Below are positions 18,260-28,785 of a stretch of 64,000 bases of DNA, piece after piece. The stretch is from a virus (taxonomy: Duplodnaviria > Caudoviricetes), in IMG/VR virus record IMGVR_UViG_3300027833_000011. One strand, written 5' to 3'. Under the pieces are notes generated by a model. It was not told the DNA's origin, did not search any database, and worked only from the letters and a program-made list of their open reading frames with translations. Position 1 is the first letter of the stretch, and the number at the start of each line of letters is the position of its first letter. A program made the position numbers and the translations under genes.

Positions 18260-19630
18260 TTATTTTTCACTAATCACATAAAAACTAATTTCCTTTCTAT
18301 AGGTATTAACTTCTCTGTTTGTTTCTAATTGTAAATCCATATGATACTCCTTATTCGGTATTAACATACTAGTGTCTAATAAGAAATAATTTGAATTATA
18401 TGCTCTATTTACATCAGTGAATGGTATCACATCGATAGACGTATTACCTTCTTTAACATAAATCCTATATTTTAAGTTGTCTATTTGTACTCTATCGTCA
18501 TATGTAAATGGGACTTTAACATCCACATAAACCTTTCTAATATCCCCTCTAACGATTTTCTCGTCTCTTTTTAAACCAGTAAAAGAGTAACTATACTCTA
18601 TAGGGTTTAATTCGTCGGTTCCAATCTTAAATAGTTCCGAAGACGGTCTTAATGTGAATTCTTGATTAATCTCAGAAAGACTATACCCGTCTATTGAAAC
18701 TCCTTTCCACACATCATTTAAAATAAGTGGGGTAGGACAAGACTGTGGGTCAACAGTGAAAGATACTTTATATATTCCTTTACTAACATGTTCTGATTGT
18801 AAATTTGAAAGTAATATTTCGTCTCCGTTCATTATATCTACCGTAGGTTCAGTATCTAAATTTGTTGGTTCGTTACCTTGATTTACATATAATATTAAAT
18901 TTCTAACAACTCCTGTATAGAAGTCATTTCTGTGGTCAATGAAGTGGTCATTAAATGTAGTTTCTAAGTAAGGTTCAAAGAACGTTTGAGTATACTTAGT
19001 AAAAAATGCGACACTACGATATATCTGTAATGTATTGATTGCTTCGTAAGGAAGGTCAAAAGATATCCCTAACCCGTAATGTGTTTCAGTACCGTTTAAT
19101 ACATCATTGATATAATCAGTAACATCTAATTCTATATTTTCATTACCATTATCAAAATGTTGTGTTGAAATGATTTCACCTTCATTCACACCCGCCTGAG
19201 TCCAATCATTAAGATTAGTCGCACTAAACCAATTAGATGAAGTGTCAGAGTGAGTACTTTGTAATGGAAATTGGTTAGAAGTGTTAATATAATCATAACC
19301 AACACCCTCATCCCATTCTTTATTTACTTTAAACACTATTAAATCGAAAGATGTTGCCCTTTTAGAATTAAGACTCGTAATTTCATTAAAATACGAATTT
19401 TCTGTAGGGTTAATAGTATTAGTTAGTTTTAATATGTGTTTTTCAATTGAATTTGTATTGATATACCCATCAGTAATTTTATGGATTAATTCTGACAAAT
19501 CAATTTGTAATAGGAATCTAGTGTGAAACCCACCATAAAATAATTCACTAACAGGGTTCTTTGCCGTGTTGGTATACGAATCACTTATGATTGTGTTGTT
19601 CTTACTGAAATAAGATTTAAATATAGACAT
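18260..19630 (-). CDS. Putative virion structural protein (beta-rich, DNRLRE/Ig-like domains)
   Basis: TRFLLQIDL, WDEGVGYD and IELDVTDYINDVL..HYGLGI patterns; the late motif lies upstream. Confidence 0.45.
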   Translation of the reverse strand: MSIFKSYFSKNNTIISDSYTNTAKNPVSELFYGGFHTRFLLQIDLSELIHKITDGYINTNSIEKHILKLTNTINPTENSYFNEITSLNSKRATSFDLIVFKVNKEWDEGVGYDYINTSNQFPLQSTHSDTSSNWFSATNLNDWTQAGVNEGEIISTQHFDNGNENIELDVTDYINDVLNGTETHYGLGISFDLPYEAINTLQIYRSVAFFTKYTQTFFEPYLETTFNDHFIDHRNDFYTGVVRNLILYVNQGNEPTNLDTEPTVDIMNGDEILLSNLQSEHVSKGIYKVSFTVDPQSCPTPLILNDVWKGVSIDGYSLSEINQEFTLRPSSELFKIGTDELNPIEYSYSFTGLKRDEKIVRGDIRKVYVDVKVPFTYDDRVQIDNLKYRIYVKEGNTSIDVIPFTDVNRAYNSNYFLLDTSMLIPNKEYHMDLQLETNREVNTYRKEISFYVISEK

Positions 19631-19661
19631 TACAAATGTTTTATTTATAAATATCCAGTAA

Positions 19662-21173
19662 TTAGTTAATTCTAATTTTATTAGAAAGGATATTCTGTTT
19701 AAAGTTTTGAAATTTTTCCTCTATATCTAATTTTATGTTTGGAAATACAACGGGTGGCTCTGCGGGGTTATGTACGTGAGTTGTTAAGTAAAGATAAATT
19801 ATATCTAAAAGTTCGTGTAATTGTTCACCCCTTACCAACGCGTATGTTTCAGGTTCTATATTATTAATTATTTCATCCTGACTAATTTCGTAGTTAGATA
19901 TTTTAGAGAAGTTAATTCCTTTTTTAGATGTCGGGATATTATTACCGTAAGCGAGTATGTAATTTTTATCTGATAATACCACAATGTTTTTATTGGGTTT
20001 ATCAGAGTTTTTAACGATAGTCTCTTTTATTTTTATCTCCTTCTCAGGTGTGTTATCTTCTTCATTACTAAATAAAAGACCAAACCCTTTTCTTGTTTTA
20101 ATGTGTATATTTTTTAAAATCTCATTATTAAAAACATCGTTGGTTTTTTCTACCTCATATTGTGTTGGTACGTTTCTAAAATATAATGGAAATATTGATG
20201 TCATTTTTTGTGGGTCAACATTTGAGGGGTGTTTAATGTAGTTCTCTAAAGAACTTAACCCTGTTAATCCACGATTTATAATCTGTTTAATTTCATGTCT
20301 GATATTAAAAGATAAATCTTCTAAATCATCACCATTAACGATAGTAGAAAATAACAATTCTTTTTTATCGTTTTCAATTTCAGTTGTTTGATTAAAGTAT
20401 AACGTTTCTGTTATTTCTTTTTCTTTTGACAATTTATACACATAAAGTGTCGAAGTACAATTTCCATCACAATTAAGGTCATCAATAAGGTATTCAATTA
20501 ATACTTCAGTATGTACAAATTGATTCACTTTAGAGGTGATTTCTTTACCTTCACTTATTGTCGTTGTCGTATCAAATTTAGATACTTGAATCATTGCAGG
20601 ATTAGAGTCTCTAATGGGTTCTCTTTTTGAGACAACCTCATCGTCTTTAATTTTTCCAGCCCTAATCACTATCGCTTTTTGAGTCCAAATAATATCTGAG
20701 TTTAATCTACTCGATATTGCAAAATCTTCAGTTTTAGGAATTGCTCCGTCATAAGTTTTTTTAACAAACTCTCCCGTTGATTTATAAATGTCTTTTGCTT
20801 TCTTATACTTTAACCCCTCTTTTGATTGTGACATCATATGCTCCGCACTTGAAGGGTTTGGATATCCTTGGTCGACTATAGACATTGGTATATAGTATCC
20901 ATCTATAAATTTAGAGTCGGTGTCGGTATATAATATATTAACGGATTCGCCCACCTTAGGAACCATATTGATATGGTTAGGTAATAATGGTACAAACATA
21001 AACGGGTCAGAGACTGCGTTCCACCTGTCTTTTTGTTCTGAATACTTTCCTGAATATTCTGTAACATAAATCTCATCAGAAACAATCCATTCAACAGGGT
21101 CGATTCTAATTCTACCTAACGATTTTGGGTCTTTATTGTCTTTTACAACACCCTTAAAAATGAGTTTAGACAT
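19662..21173 (-). CDS. Baseplate central spike, gp5/VgrG-like (N-terminal OB fold)
   Basis: FKGVVKDNKDPKSLGRIR..PKVGESVNILY N-terminus; C-terminal LVRGEQL...THVH spike-tip pattern. Confidence 0.6.
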   Translation of the reverse strand: MSKLIFKGVVKDNKDPKSLGRIRIDPVEWIVSDEIYVTEYSGKYSEQKDRWNAVSDPFMFVPLLPNHINMVPKVGESVNILYTDTDSKFIDGYYIPMSIVDQGYPNPSSAEHMMSQSKEGLKYKKAKDIYKSTGEFVKKTYDGAIPKTEDFAISSRLNSDIIWTQKAIVIRAGKIKDDEVVSKREPIRDSNPAMIQVSKFDTTTTISEGKEITSKVNQFVHTEVLIEYLIDDLNCDGNCTSTLYVYKLSKEKEITETLYFNQTTEIENDKKELLFSTIVNGDDLEDLSFNIRHEIKQIINRGLTGLSSLENYIKHPSNVDPQKMTSIFPLYFRNVPTQYEVEKTNDVFNNEILKNIHIKTRKGFGLLFSNEEDNTPEKEIKIKETIVKNSDKPNKNIVVLSDKNYILAYGNNIPTSKKGINFSKISNYEISQDEIINNIEPETYALVRGEQLHELLDIIYLYLTTHVHNPAEPPVVFPNIKLDIEEKFQNFKQNILSNKIRIN

Positions 21174-21375
21174 CTGTTATACCTTTTCTTTTTTTAACTT
21201 CTTCGGAGATTTGATAATAACTATTTTCCACATTATCTAAATGGTGTGATAATTGAATCATTAATGTCTTAGTATCTTCAAATTCCTTTGTTAAAATAGT
21301 TGCCGCTTCGATTAAATCCTTATTAGACCTTTTCGATACGTTCTCTGCAATTTCTAAAATTATCTTTATATCCAT
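21166..21375 (-). CDS. Small coiled-coil hypothetical protein
   Basis: 69-aa ORF coupled to both neighbours. Confidence 0.6.
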   Translation of the reverse strand: MDIKIILEIAENVSKRSNKDLIEAATILTKEFEDTKTLMIQLSHHLDNVENSYYQISEEVKKRKGITDV

Positions 21376-23223
21376 TTAATATGATGTTAGTGGTACTGAC
21401 TTACCTGTTACAAATGGTGTTACTACAGGACCTAATGGGTGAGCTCCAGTCGCTGGTAATGACACAAATTGATTAACCCCATTCTCACCTAGTTCTTTCA
21501 TAGCTCCTTTCATAATAGAATCTATTAATAGTATATGTTTATTTGGTGAACCGTCAGGTAAACTACCAAGACTCACACCTTGTTTTTCCATGAATTGAAT
21601 CGCGTTGTTGTAAGCTCTTGTTGAGTTCGCCCCTTCCCTTGCGTATGCACCATAAAGAAGTGGAAACGGTACGCCTAAAGGTATGCCGGATTTAAGGTTA
21701 AGTAAAGATAATAGCCCCTGAATGATACCTATACACGTACTAAAGTCTGTTGTGGTTATAAATTTGTGTAACATAGATAATAGGGCGAGTATAATTGCAT
21801 ATCTCCCTCTTAATTGTTGTTTAGCGATTTCTTTAAGAACCATAGAAACTATTTGAGTTAACTCTTTTTTAATTTCATCCATTAGTTCTTTTTTATACAT
21901 ATCAAACACTCTTTTACCAACTCGAGTCATAAAACGTTTGTTATTTTCAGCGAATTCCTTCACATCTTTACCCTTTTCTTTGGATGAATCAATAGCCTTA
22001 GTTAATATAACAAATGGTAGAACCGCTTTTGGTCCCAGTACTTTACTCATTATTGTTGTTGGTAATTGTTTGAATATGTCTAAATTAAGGTTAAGATTTA
22101 TCGTAGGAACATCAAATCCTGATTGTTCTACGAACCCACTACCGATATTTTGTAATAACCCTTCTAATACCTCAGACTCAGAAATGTTATCTGAATCTAA
22201 ATCGAGTAAAGAATCGATTAATAAATCCGTATTCATCTCACCTTCAAAGTTCCCACAATCAACTAATTTATATATTTTATTAATTTTATAATTAAATTCT
22301 TCTTCAATTTGTCGTGTATCTTCATCATCAAACTCATAAGACAAATCTTCGTCTTGTGTTGACAAACCATCAATTAAACTTTCTTGTATTAACGCATCCT
22401 GTTCGTAAAAGTCACTACATAAACTAGCCAAAATTTGCATCATCTTGTTTAGTTCTGCAAATGACTTTACCCTTTTGGTTGAGACATCAATTGAAACCAC
22501 ACCAAATAGTTGGTCCATCAAATCAGACATTAAATCTTTTGTATTGAATAGTTCAAAAGATGAGTAATAGTGAGAGACAAAATCGGTTACGTTAATGTCC
22601 TTAAATTTTAAGTTATATTCTTGAGTGAAGTCGTCAAAACTAAGGTCAAACATTTCTTTACCGTTTGCTGAGGTAAATGTTTTAGGGGAATTTAGGTCAT
22701 TACTTATAGTAACGTCGTATAACATTTTATTAAGAGGTAACGGATACAGTTCGTTCTCTATATCACCTTTTTCGTACATTACTCTACCTGGCATTCCTTC
22801 AGGAGAAACTTTTAATAAATCAAAGAAGTCTATTTCTTCAGGAGACAGGTTTATTTCGATACCCGTTAATGAAAAATCGGTTTCACAATTAATAGCCCTA
22901 AATAATTCTTCAATAACAATTTTAGTTATTTTTGGTGAATCTGTAGAAACTTTCTTAATGATTTTTTTAACGAATATTTTGACTTTATCAGGACCACCAC
23001 CAGAACTTTGAAGTAATGTATTAACTAATTTACCAATAAAATCAGTGTTGATTGATTTTCCACTACCATCACCTAATAATTTTTTCTTTAACTTATTTGT
23101 GTCTAAATATGAGGAACCAACAGACTGAAGGTCGATTTTCTTCATGTCCGACATTGACTGTAATACCAACTTTATTGAGTCGATACCTTTATCTAACTTA
23201 CTTTGTTCCGTCTTTAATCCCAT
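21376..23223 (-). CDS. Hypothetical protein, probably baseplate-associated
   Basis: 615-aa ORF in the operon with the gp5-like gene. Confidence 0.55.
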   Translation of the reverse strand: MGLKTEQSKLDKGIDSIKLVLQSMSDMKKIDLQSVGSSYLDTNKLKKKLLGDGSGKSINTDFIGKLVNTLLQSSGGGPDKVKIFVKKIIKKVSTDSPKITKIVIEELFRAINCETDFSLTGIEINLSPEEIDFFDLLKVSPEGMPGRVMYEKGDIENELYPLPLNKMLYDVTISNDLNSPKTFTSANGKEMFDLSFDDFTQEYNLKFKDINVTDFVSHYYSSFELFNTKDLMSDLMDQLFGVVSIDVSTKRVKSFAELNKMMQILASLCSDFYEQDALIQESLIDGLSTQDEDLSYEFDDEDTRQIEEEFNYKINKIYKLVDCGNFEGEMNTDLLIDSLLDLDSDNISESEVLEGLLQNIGSGFVEQSGFDVPTINLNLNLDIFKQLPTTIMSKVLGPKAVLPFVILTKAIDSSKEKGKDVKEFAENNKRFMTRVGKRVFDMYKKELMDEIKKELTQIVSMVLKEIAKQQLRGRYAIILALLSMLHKFITTTDFSTCIGIIQGLLSLLNLKSGIPLGVPFPLLYGAYAREGANSTRAYNNAIQFMEKQGVSLGSLPDGSPNKHILLIDSIMKGAMKELGENGVNQFVSLPATGAHPLGPVVTPFVTGKSVPLTSY

Positions 23224-23597
23224 TACATATTAAAATTATCGTCAGACGGTGTGTCATTACCTAACCCATTAACCAAATCTTTTAACATTTCTTTATCATC
23301 ATCACTTAAAGAACCACCAATGTCTTCTCGACCTTCTGATGATTTTTGTATGATGACCTGTTGTAGTTTAGCTAATGATAGTTTTTTCTCTAAAACACTA
23401 TCTAATATCTTTTGTTGTTCTTTTATAATAGGACCCAATAAGGTTAAGTCTTCAGGTCCTTTCATAAACCCTAACATCTTATTTTGTATTCTAATTGCGG
23501 TATTTCTCTGCTCTACAGTTTCGTTATATATCTCCTGTAGAAGTGCCATTAAACTTTTTTGTGAAAAATTAATTTCTTTTTTAGTTGTTCTTCCCAT
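23223..23597 (-). CDS. Hypothetical protein
   Basis: 124-aa ORF; late motif 4 nt upstream of its ATG. Confidence 0.65.
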   Translation of the reverse strand: MGRTTKKEINFSQKSLMALLQEIYNETVEQRNTAIRIQNKMLGFMKGPEDLTLLGPIIKEQQKILDSVLEKKLSLAKLQQVIIQKSSEGREDIGGSLSDDDKEMLKDLVNGLGNDTPSDDNFNM

Positions 23598-23611
23598 ACT
23601 AAATAAATAGT

Positions 23612-24313
23612 TTATTCCTTAATTACCTGTAACATCATCTCAGAGTATATCTTTTTATACTTTTTCATTGACGTTCTAATTTCTTTTGTAGTCATAGATG
23701 TCATATCTCTTAATGACAATAATATAAGGTTCTTATTGAATTTATTTCCTTCTCCTCCTTGAAATATAACTTCGTAATTAGTGAACACTTCTATTAACGC
23801 GTATCCTAGCTTTTCTTCATTTTTATTAAGGTTAGTGATTTCCATAAAATCCTCTAATTCCTTAACTAAACGTTTAACAACATCTTCATAATCTAAAGAG
23901 TCGTTATGTAAGAAGTATGTCATATCAGGTCTACTCTCAACTGAGGATGATATGTCTTCATAAGATATTTTTCTATTTAATTCTTTTTGGTCTTTTAATA
24001 TTGCACCCATTAAATAGTTTTTACATATTGTACCGAAGTATGAATATGCTTTAGACCCTTTAGACGGGTCAAACTTATCCGCTTTAGTGATTAAAAAAGA
24101 TGATACGTCAGTATGTAAAGATTCATAATCGAAGTCTCTACGATATAGTTTATATCTACGAATTATGCTTTCGACCATTTTACTTAATGGTTTTCTAAGA
24201 CTCTGATTATAAATCAGATTTCTTTCCTCATAGGTTTCAGCTTCTAAATATTTTACTACTGCAGCTTCCTCCTCAGGACCAAAGTATTGTTTGTTTTTTC
24301 TAGGTCTAGGCAT
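23612..24313 (-). CDS. Phage RNA polymerase sigma factor (T4 gp55-like)
   Basis: Sigma region-2 pattern LITKADKFDPSKGSKAYSYFGTICKNY. The start is probably MPRPRKNK at 24313, which avoids overlap with the upstream gene. Confidence 0.75.
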   Translation of the reverse strand: MPRPRKNKQYFGPEEEAAVVKYLEAETYEERNLIYNQSLRKPLSKMVESIIRRYKLYRRDFDYESLHTDVSSFLITKADKFDPSKGSKAYSYFGTICKNYLMGAILKDQKELNRKISYEDISSSVESRPDMTYFLHNDSLDYEDVVKRLVKELEDFMEITNLNKNEEKLGYALIEVFTNYEVIFQGGEGNKFNKNLILLSLRDMTSMTTKEIRTSMKKYKKIYSEMMLQVIKE

Positions 24314-24321
24314 AATAAGTT

Positions 24322-25098
24322 TTAGTCTTGGTATGTTATCGCTCGGTCTTCTGTGAAAAATTGCTCTTTCTTTGCCGTCTCTAACCAAAACATTGCCTCG
24401 TCAGAACTTAACTTATTTTCTCCTTCTTTGTAATCCCAAAAAAGAGAACCTTTTCTAAAGTTTGTATGTCTATAAGTTAACTTAGGTATAACAAATACTT
24501 CATTAGACATATGTGTTAAACGAAGTAAAAATTCGTAACCAAAAGATAATTTAACTTTACTCTTAAGACCACCAACTTCGTTATATACAGACGTTTTAAT
24601 AATCATACCACTTGTTTGATAGTTTTCATAAGACGATAATGATTCATTGTCTAAGTACCCTATAGTTTCTGTTAAGTTCATTGCCCAAACAGATTCATTT
24701 GTAAATGATAAAAACTCACCATTTGAGTTAGTGTCTATGACGATAGGTAGAAAGGTTGATACATCAGGATATGCCTTAATGTGTTCTATAGCGTTTTGTA
24801 TGTATGTTGGAGTAATCTCATCATCTACCTCAGTAATAGCAATGTATTCTGATTTAGTGTTTTGTGCACCAAAATTAATTTGTGAACAAAAATCAGTTTC
24901 TCCGGTGTTTTCCAATAAGGACACATAAGATTCTAAGTTATATTCATTCAAATATTTTGTTAACTCCTTTGTTGGTTTATAAACAATAGTTAATGTAAAA
25001 TCCTTAACGGTTTGTTTAGATACTGATTCCATAAATGTCTCAAATCTCGACCTGAGTTCTTTATTGATTGTATGTATAGGTAAAATTAAATTAATCAT
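24322..25098 (-). CDS. Glycosyltransferase, GT2-like
   Basis: INLILPIH, FCSQINFGA...SEYIAITEVDDEI, GYEFLLRL. Confidence 0.75.
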   Translation of the reverse strand: MINLILPIHTINKELRSRFETFMESVSKQTVKDFTLTIVYKPTKELTKYLNEYNLESYVSLLENTGETDFCSQINFGAQNTKSEYIAITEVDDEITPTYIQNAIEHIKAYPDVSTFLPIVIDTNSNGEFLSFTNESVWAMNLTETIGYLDNESLSSYENYQTSGMIIKTSVYNEVGGLKSKVKLSFGYEFLLRLTHMSNEVFVIPKLTYRHTNFRKGSLFWDYKEGENKLSSDEAMFWLETAKKEQFFTEDRAITYQD

Positions 25099-26149
25099 TT
25101 TCTTCTAATTCTTTAAATTTATCGACTGTGAACTCTAATTGTTCTTTTCTCTTTTTTGTTATGTTAGTAAAAACATTTAACGTTTCTTTTGTGAATGTTT
25201 CATAAGTTAATTTACTTACCGTTGAATCCATTTCATCGTATAAGTCCGATGGTATTCTATCTTCTAACCATCCCTTAAATACAGACGCAACTAAATCCAC
25301 AACTTGGTTTGAATCTATAGTCCAAATACCATTATCCTCTGTCATCCAATCAGGTTTAAGAGTCGGTATTTTACCAATAACAGGTACTCCTGATTTCATA
25401 GACTCTAATGGGAATGTCCCATAACCTGAAACGTCATCAACCCAAACAGATAAACATGATTCTCTTAATGTTGTCGCGAATTCTTCTTGAGTTAATCCTC
25501 TCATATCTCTAAATGTAACCCATTTAAACTGTGGGTATTTCACATAGAAAGATTTAATTAATTTCATAGTATCTCTTTGGTCACGTGTGTGTATAGAAAT
25601 AATTGGTTTTTGTGGTTTATCTGACTTTGTAAACAATTCAGAAATAAAGGGTGTAATAACATCGATATTCTGTTTCTTAAATAAGTCATTAAGATATTGT
25701 TTTTGGTCTAAACTTGTAGTTATAACCTTATTAAACCCAAAGGAATTCCAAGTAGCACCTGGTTTTAATGTTTCAAATAAATAATCATATGACTGACATA
25801 GGACTACTTTATTACATGGCATATCCGCAATTTGTTCCATTACGTGAGCAAATAACTCAGGTATGATAACTAAGTCATCAGGTCTAACTTGAAGGCTACC
25901 CTCTTCTATTGAAACAACAGGTGTTTCATCATACTCTAATGGTAACCAAGAAGAAACCCCTTCATAGTCTTTATTTTCGACTAAGATATGAGCGTTGAAC
26001 TCATTCTCATTTAACGCTCTTACTAAATCGTAAGAATGTTTGATTGATGCTTTAGCATTACCTTTAGCATCTTGTACGAACACATAAACGTTCGACTCTA
26101 ATTTGTCGAGACGTTCGATAGCCTCGTTAATTACTTTTACTTTATCCAT
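25091..26149 (-). CDS. Glycosyltransferase, GT-B/GT4-like
   Basis: DLVIIPE and GYGTFPLESMKSGVPVIG (E-x7-E-type region). Confidence 0.7.
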   Translation of the reverse strand: MDKVKVINEAIERLDKLESNVYVFVQDAKGNAKASIKHSYDLVRALNENEFNAHILVENKDYEGVSSWLPLEYDETPVVSIEEGSLQVRPDDLVIIPELFAHVMEQIADMPCNKVVLCQSYDYLFETLKPGATWNSFGFNKVITTSLDQKQYLNDLFKKQNIDVITPFISELFTKSDKPQKPIISIHTRDQRDTMKLIKSFYVKYPQFKWVTFRDMRGLTQEEFATTLRESCLSVWVDDVSGYGTFPLESMKSGVPVIGKIPTLKPDWMTEDNGIWTIDSNQVVDLVASVFKGWLEDRIPSDLYDEMDSTVSKLTYETFTKETLNVFTNITKKRKEQLEFTVDKFKELEEND

Positions 26150-26187
26150 GCTCTTTATTTAATGGTTTAATAATTTATTTGTGAATC

Positions 26188-26358
26188 TTATCCTTGCTCC
26201 TCTACAGAAGATTTACGATAATCAGTTACTAATTTCTTAATCTCACCGATTGATTTACGTGCTCTTGTTTGAGACGCTTTAGTAGTTCCATTGTGGTTTT
26301 CTACAAAGTCATTGTAGTGACTTTCTATTGATTCGAAAATTTCTTGTTTTTTTGACAT
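26188..26358 (-). CDS. Histone H1-like (Hc1-type) nucleoid protein, missed by the ORF track
   Basis: Translated by hand: MSKKQEIFESIESHYNDFVENHNGTTKASQTRARKSIGEIKKLVTDYRKSSVEEQG. The TRARK...E.KK....YRK.S pattern resembles Bacteroidota Hc1-like proteins. Confidence 0.7.
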   Translation of the reverse strand: MSKKQEIFESIESHYNDFVENHNGTTKASQTRARKSIGEIKKLVTDYRKSSVEEQG

Positions 26359-26370
26359 TTTTTTTTGTTT

Positions 26371-26730
26371 TTAATTTAATGGTTTAATTATACCATAGTT
26401 TAGTAATGTATTGAAACTTAATTTAAATGAGAACGGCATTTTTTTAAATCCATATGATATTCCCATTGCGGAGTCAATATCTTCCCCGCCTTTTTCGTCC
26501 ATAACAACTTCTAAAACATATTTTAAAAGTTCATATTTGGAAACGTTTAATCCCCCATCTTCCATTTCTTCTATTTCACTTTCGACACCTTTCTCATCTT
26601 CTATCACTTTAACCACTTTTCTTGGTGGCATTTTAACGGCTTCGTGATAAGCGTCTAAATCTAAAATATACGATAACCCCTCAACGTCTAAGGTATATGG
26701 AATTAGATATGATTTGTCTTCGTTTGGCAT
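26371..26730 (-). CDS. Hypothetical protein
   Basis: 119-aa ORF coupled to the upstream gene. Confidence 0.6.
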   Translation of the reverse strand: MPNEDKSYLIPYTLDVEGLSYILDLDAYHEAVKMPPRKVVKVIEDEKGVESEIEEMEDGGLNVSKYELLKYVLEVVMDEKGGEDIDSAMGISYGFKKMPFSFKLSFNTLLNYGIIKPLN

Positions 26731-27314
26731 TATAACTCTATTTCTTTTACACTCGTTAATGTTTCTACTGAATGGTTAGATTCATAATCTTTATTATATT
26801 CAGTTTCAACCTTTATTGATATTTTATCGTTTGGTTTTTGGTCTAAAACCTCACAATCAGTTGTAATCCATATGTCACAATTTTCCCACATTGAATCAAT
26901 AGTGTCTTTTTTATAAAACTTATAGTTATCGACATAACTACTATTTTTAGACATAAAGAATAGAGACGCCGCTTTACCTTTACCTAATTCATCAGAGACT
27001 ATTGTGATTTCCCAATCTTTCTTTTCTTTCAAAAGGTCTGTTAGGTCTTTAAAAGCGCCCATATATGTTGGGGCAGAATGACCAAATATTTCCATAGCAA
27101 ATTCAATAAAGAAGAAATACTTTAATTCGTCTTCATCTTGAAATTTAAAATGGTTTGAGATGTTATTTGTGTTAACAGGTAAAACCATATCATATTCAAA
27201 ACTTTCCTCTTCTTCAGAATCTGATTCGATATAATACTTACGATATTCAGACGCTGCCTTTGCGAATGTGTCTCGTAATACTCCTGTAATGTTAATATAC
27301 ACTTGTTTCATCAT
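26730..27314 (-). CDS. 5'(3')-deoxyribonucleotidase-like HAD protein with degenerate motifs
   Basis: VYINITGVLRD in place of DxDGVL; WEITIVS (motif II); DIWITTD in place of DILIDD. Confidence 0.55.
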   Translation of the reverse strand: MMKQVYINITGVLRDTFAKAASEYRKYYIESDSEEEESFEYDMVLPVNTNNISNHFKFQDEDELKYFFFIEFAMEIFGHSAPTYMGAFKDLTDLLKEKKDWEITIVSDELGKGKAASLFFMSKNSSYVDNYKFYKKDTIDSMWENCDIWITTDCEVLDQKPNDKISIKVETEYNKDYESNHSVETLTSVKEIEL

Positions 27315-27356
27315 TAAAATATAGATTTATTATACTTAAAGTAAAGTTTGTTATAT

Positions 27357-28076
27357 TTAGTCGTATTTCTCTAAAATCTGTGAGATTAAAGGGTTCCTAA
27401 CGATATCTTTATTATCAAACTCAAATACTCCGACATCTTTCACATCACCTAAACGATTAACAATATCGTATAAACCTGATTGTCTTTTATCTTTGTATCT
27501 ATCTGTCTGTTCTAAATCCCCTGAAATGAAGAATTTAGAATTAAACCCAATCCTTGTCAGTAGTAGTTTCATTTGACCTGGAGTTGCGTTTTGTGCTTCT
27601 TCAAAAATTAAAATAGAATTATCGATATTCATACCCCTCATATAAGCAAGGGCAAATACTTCGATGTAATTCATCTCTTTTAATTTTTCTCTTTGTTCTT
27701 TTCCTATGATTTTGTTTAATAAGTAATATGTTGGAAATATATAAGGGTCTAACTTTTCTTCGACTCCACCGGGTAATGAACCTAGTTTCTCTTCGGCCTC
27801 AACGGCAGGTCTAACAATTATTATTTTTTCATACTTATTATCTTCTCTGTGTAGTAACTCAACGGCTTTCATCATAGCCACATATGATTTACCAACACCC
27901 GCAGGTCCTGAACATAGAGTTATTTGATTTTCTTCTAAGATATTCCAATAATCTTTCTGTGCTTCAGTTAGAAATTTTTTCTTAGGATTTTTTATGAGTG
28001 AACGTACAATCTCCTTTTTAGACATTCTATGTAAAGGTAGTTGTGGTTCTGTATTTTTATTTTTTCGTGCTCCCAA
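27357..28076 (-). CDS. phoH: PhoH-like ATPase
   Basis: SGPAGVGKSY, IVRPAVEAEEKLGSLPG, LAYMRG, FEEAQNAT, ISGDLEQTD, DIVRNPL. Confidence 0.95.
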   Translation of the reverse strand: MGARKNKNTEPQLPLHRMSKKEIVRSLIKNPKKKFLTEAQKDYWNILEENQITLCSGPAGVGKSYVAMMKAVELLHREDNKYEKIIIVRPAVEAEEKLGSLPGGVEEKLDPYIFPTYYLLNKIIGKEQREKLKEMNYIEVFALAYMRGMNIDNSILIFEEAQNATPGQMKLLLTRIGFNSKFFISGDLEQTDRYKDKRQSGLYDIVNRLGDVKDVGVFEFDNKDIVRNPLISQILEKYD

Positions 28077-28105
28077 ATTAATTGTATTTAATTTATCACT
28101 TTATG

Positions 28106-28134
28106 ATACTACTAATATCATCTATAACCGTCAA
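28106..28134 (-). promoter_or_regulatory. Sigma70-like promoter for phoH
   Basis: TTGACG-N17-TAGTAT on the minus strand. Confidence 0.55.
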
Positions 28135-28161
28135 AAATCAATAGATAGTCTAACCCCTTTA

Positions 28162-28785
28162 TTAATTTTTTCCTGTAGACCCAAAACCTCCATCACCTCT
28201 ATCAGTATCCGATAAAGAATCCACAGAACTCAAAGTGGCGCTTAACTTAGTTAGTACGGGACATAACACTGCTTGTGCTATTCTATCACCTTGTATTATC
28301 TTTGTAGTTTCATTAGATAAGTTGACTAAGATAATTTTAATCTCACCCGTATAACCTTGGTCCACTGTCCCCGGTGTGTTTAGTACAGTTAAACCTTGTT
28401 TTGCTGCTAAACCACTTCTTGGTCTAACCTGTACTTCATATCCCACAGGTATTTTAAAAAACAATCCTGTCGGTACGACATACCTTTCCAATGGCTTAAG
28501 CCATATTGCATCACCACAGTTAGCCCTTAAATCAAAACCACTATCTCCGTCATAAACATATTCAGGGTCTTTGTTACTTGATTTGTTAATAAACCCTAAA
28601 CTTACCACTGGTTTATTTTCTTCAATAATCGCTTTTTGAAGTTCATTAGTTAACTCAGAGAATTGTTCGTTTATTTTATTCTCATCAAAATCTACATCAT
28701 CGACATCAAAATTTTCGTCAGATAAGTTACCAAACTTTTCAGTGACAATACGTGTTAATTTTTCGTAATCAAAGTTATTTTCCAT
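28162..28785 (-). CDS. dut: Trimeric dUTPase with acidic N-terminal extension
   Basis: SGFDLRA, RPRSGLA, GTVDQGYTGEI, DRIAQ, RGDGGFGSTG. Confidence 0.95.
   Translation of the reverse strand: MENNFDYEKLTRIVTEKFGNLSDENFDVDDVDFDENKINEQFSELTNELQKAIIEENKPVVSLGFINKSSNKDPEYVYDGDSGFDLRANCGDAIWLKPLERYVVPTGLFFKIPVGYEVQVRPRSGLAAKQGLTVLNTPGTVDQGYTGEIKIILVNLSNETTKIIQGDRIAQAVLCPVLTKLSATLSSVDSLSDTDRGDGGFGSTGKN

Noticed and set aside
24313-24388. ORF-track N-terminal extensions creating overlaps (also 6335, 18270, 31613, 34644, 40039, 43832, 49864, 63387)
   Set aside because: In each case a downstream ATG with an A-rich leader or an adjacent promoter motif explains the gene without the overlap.
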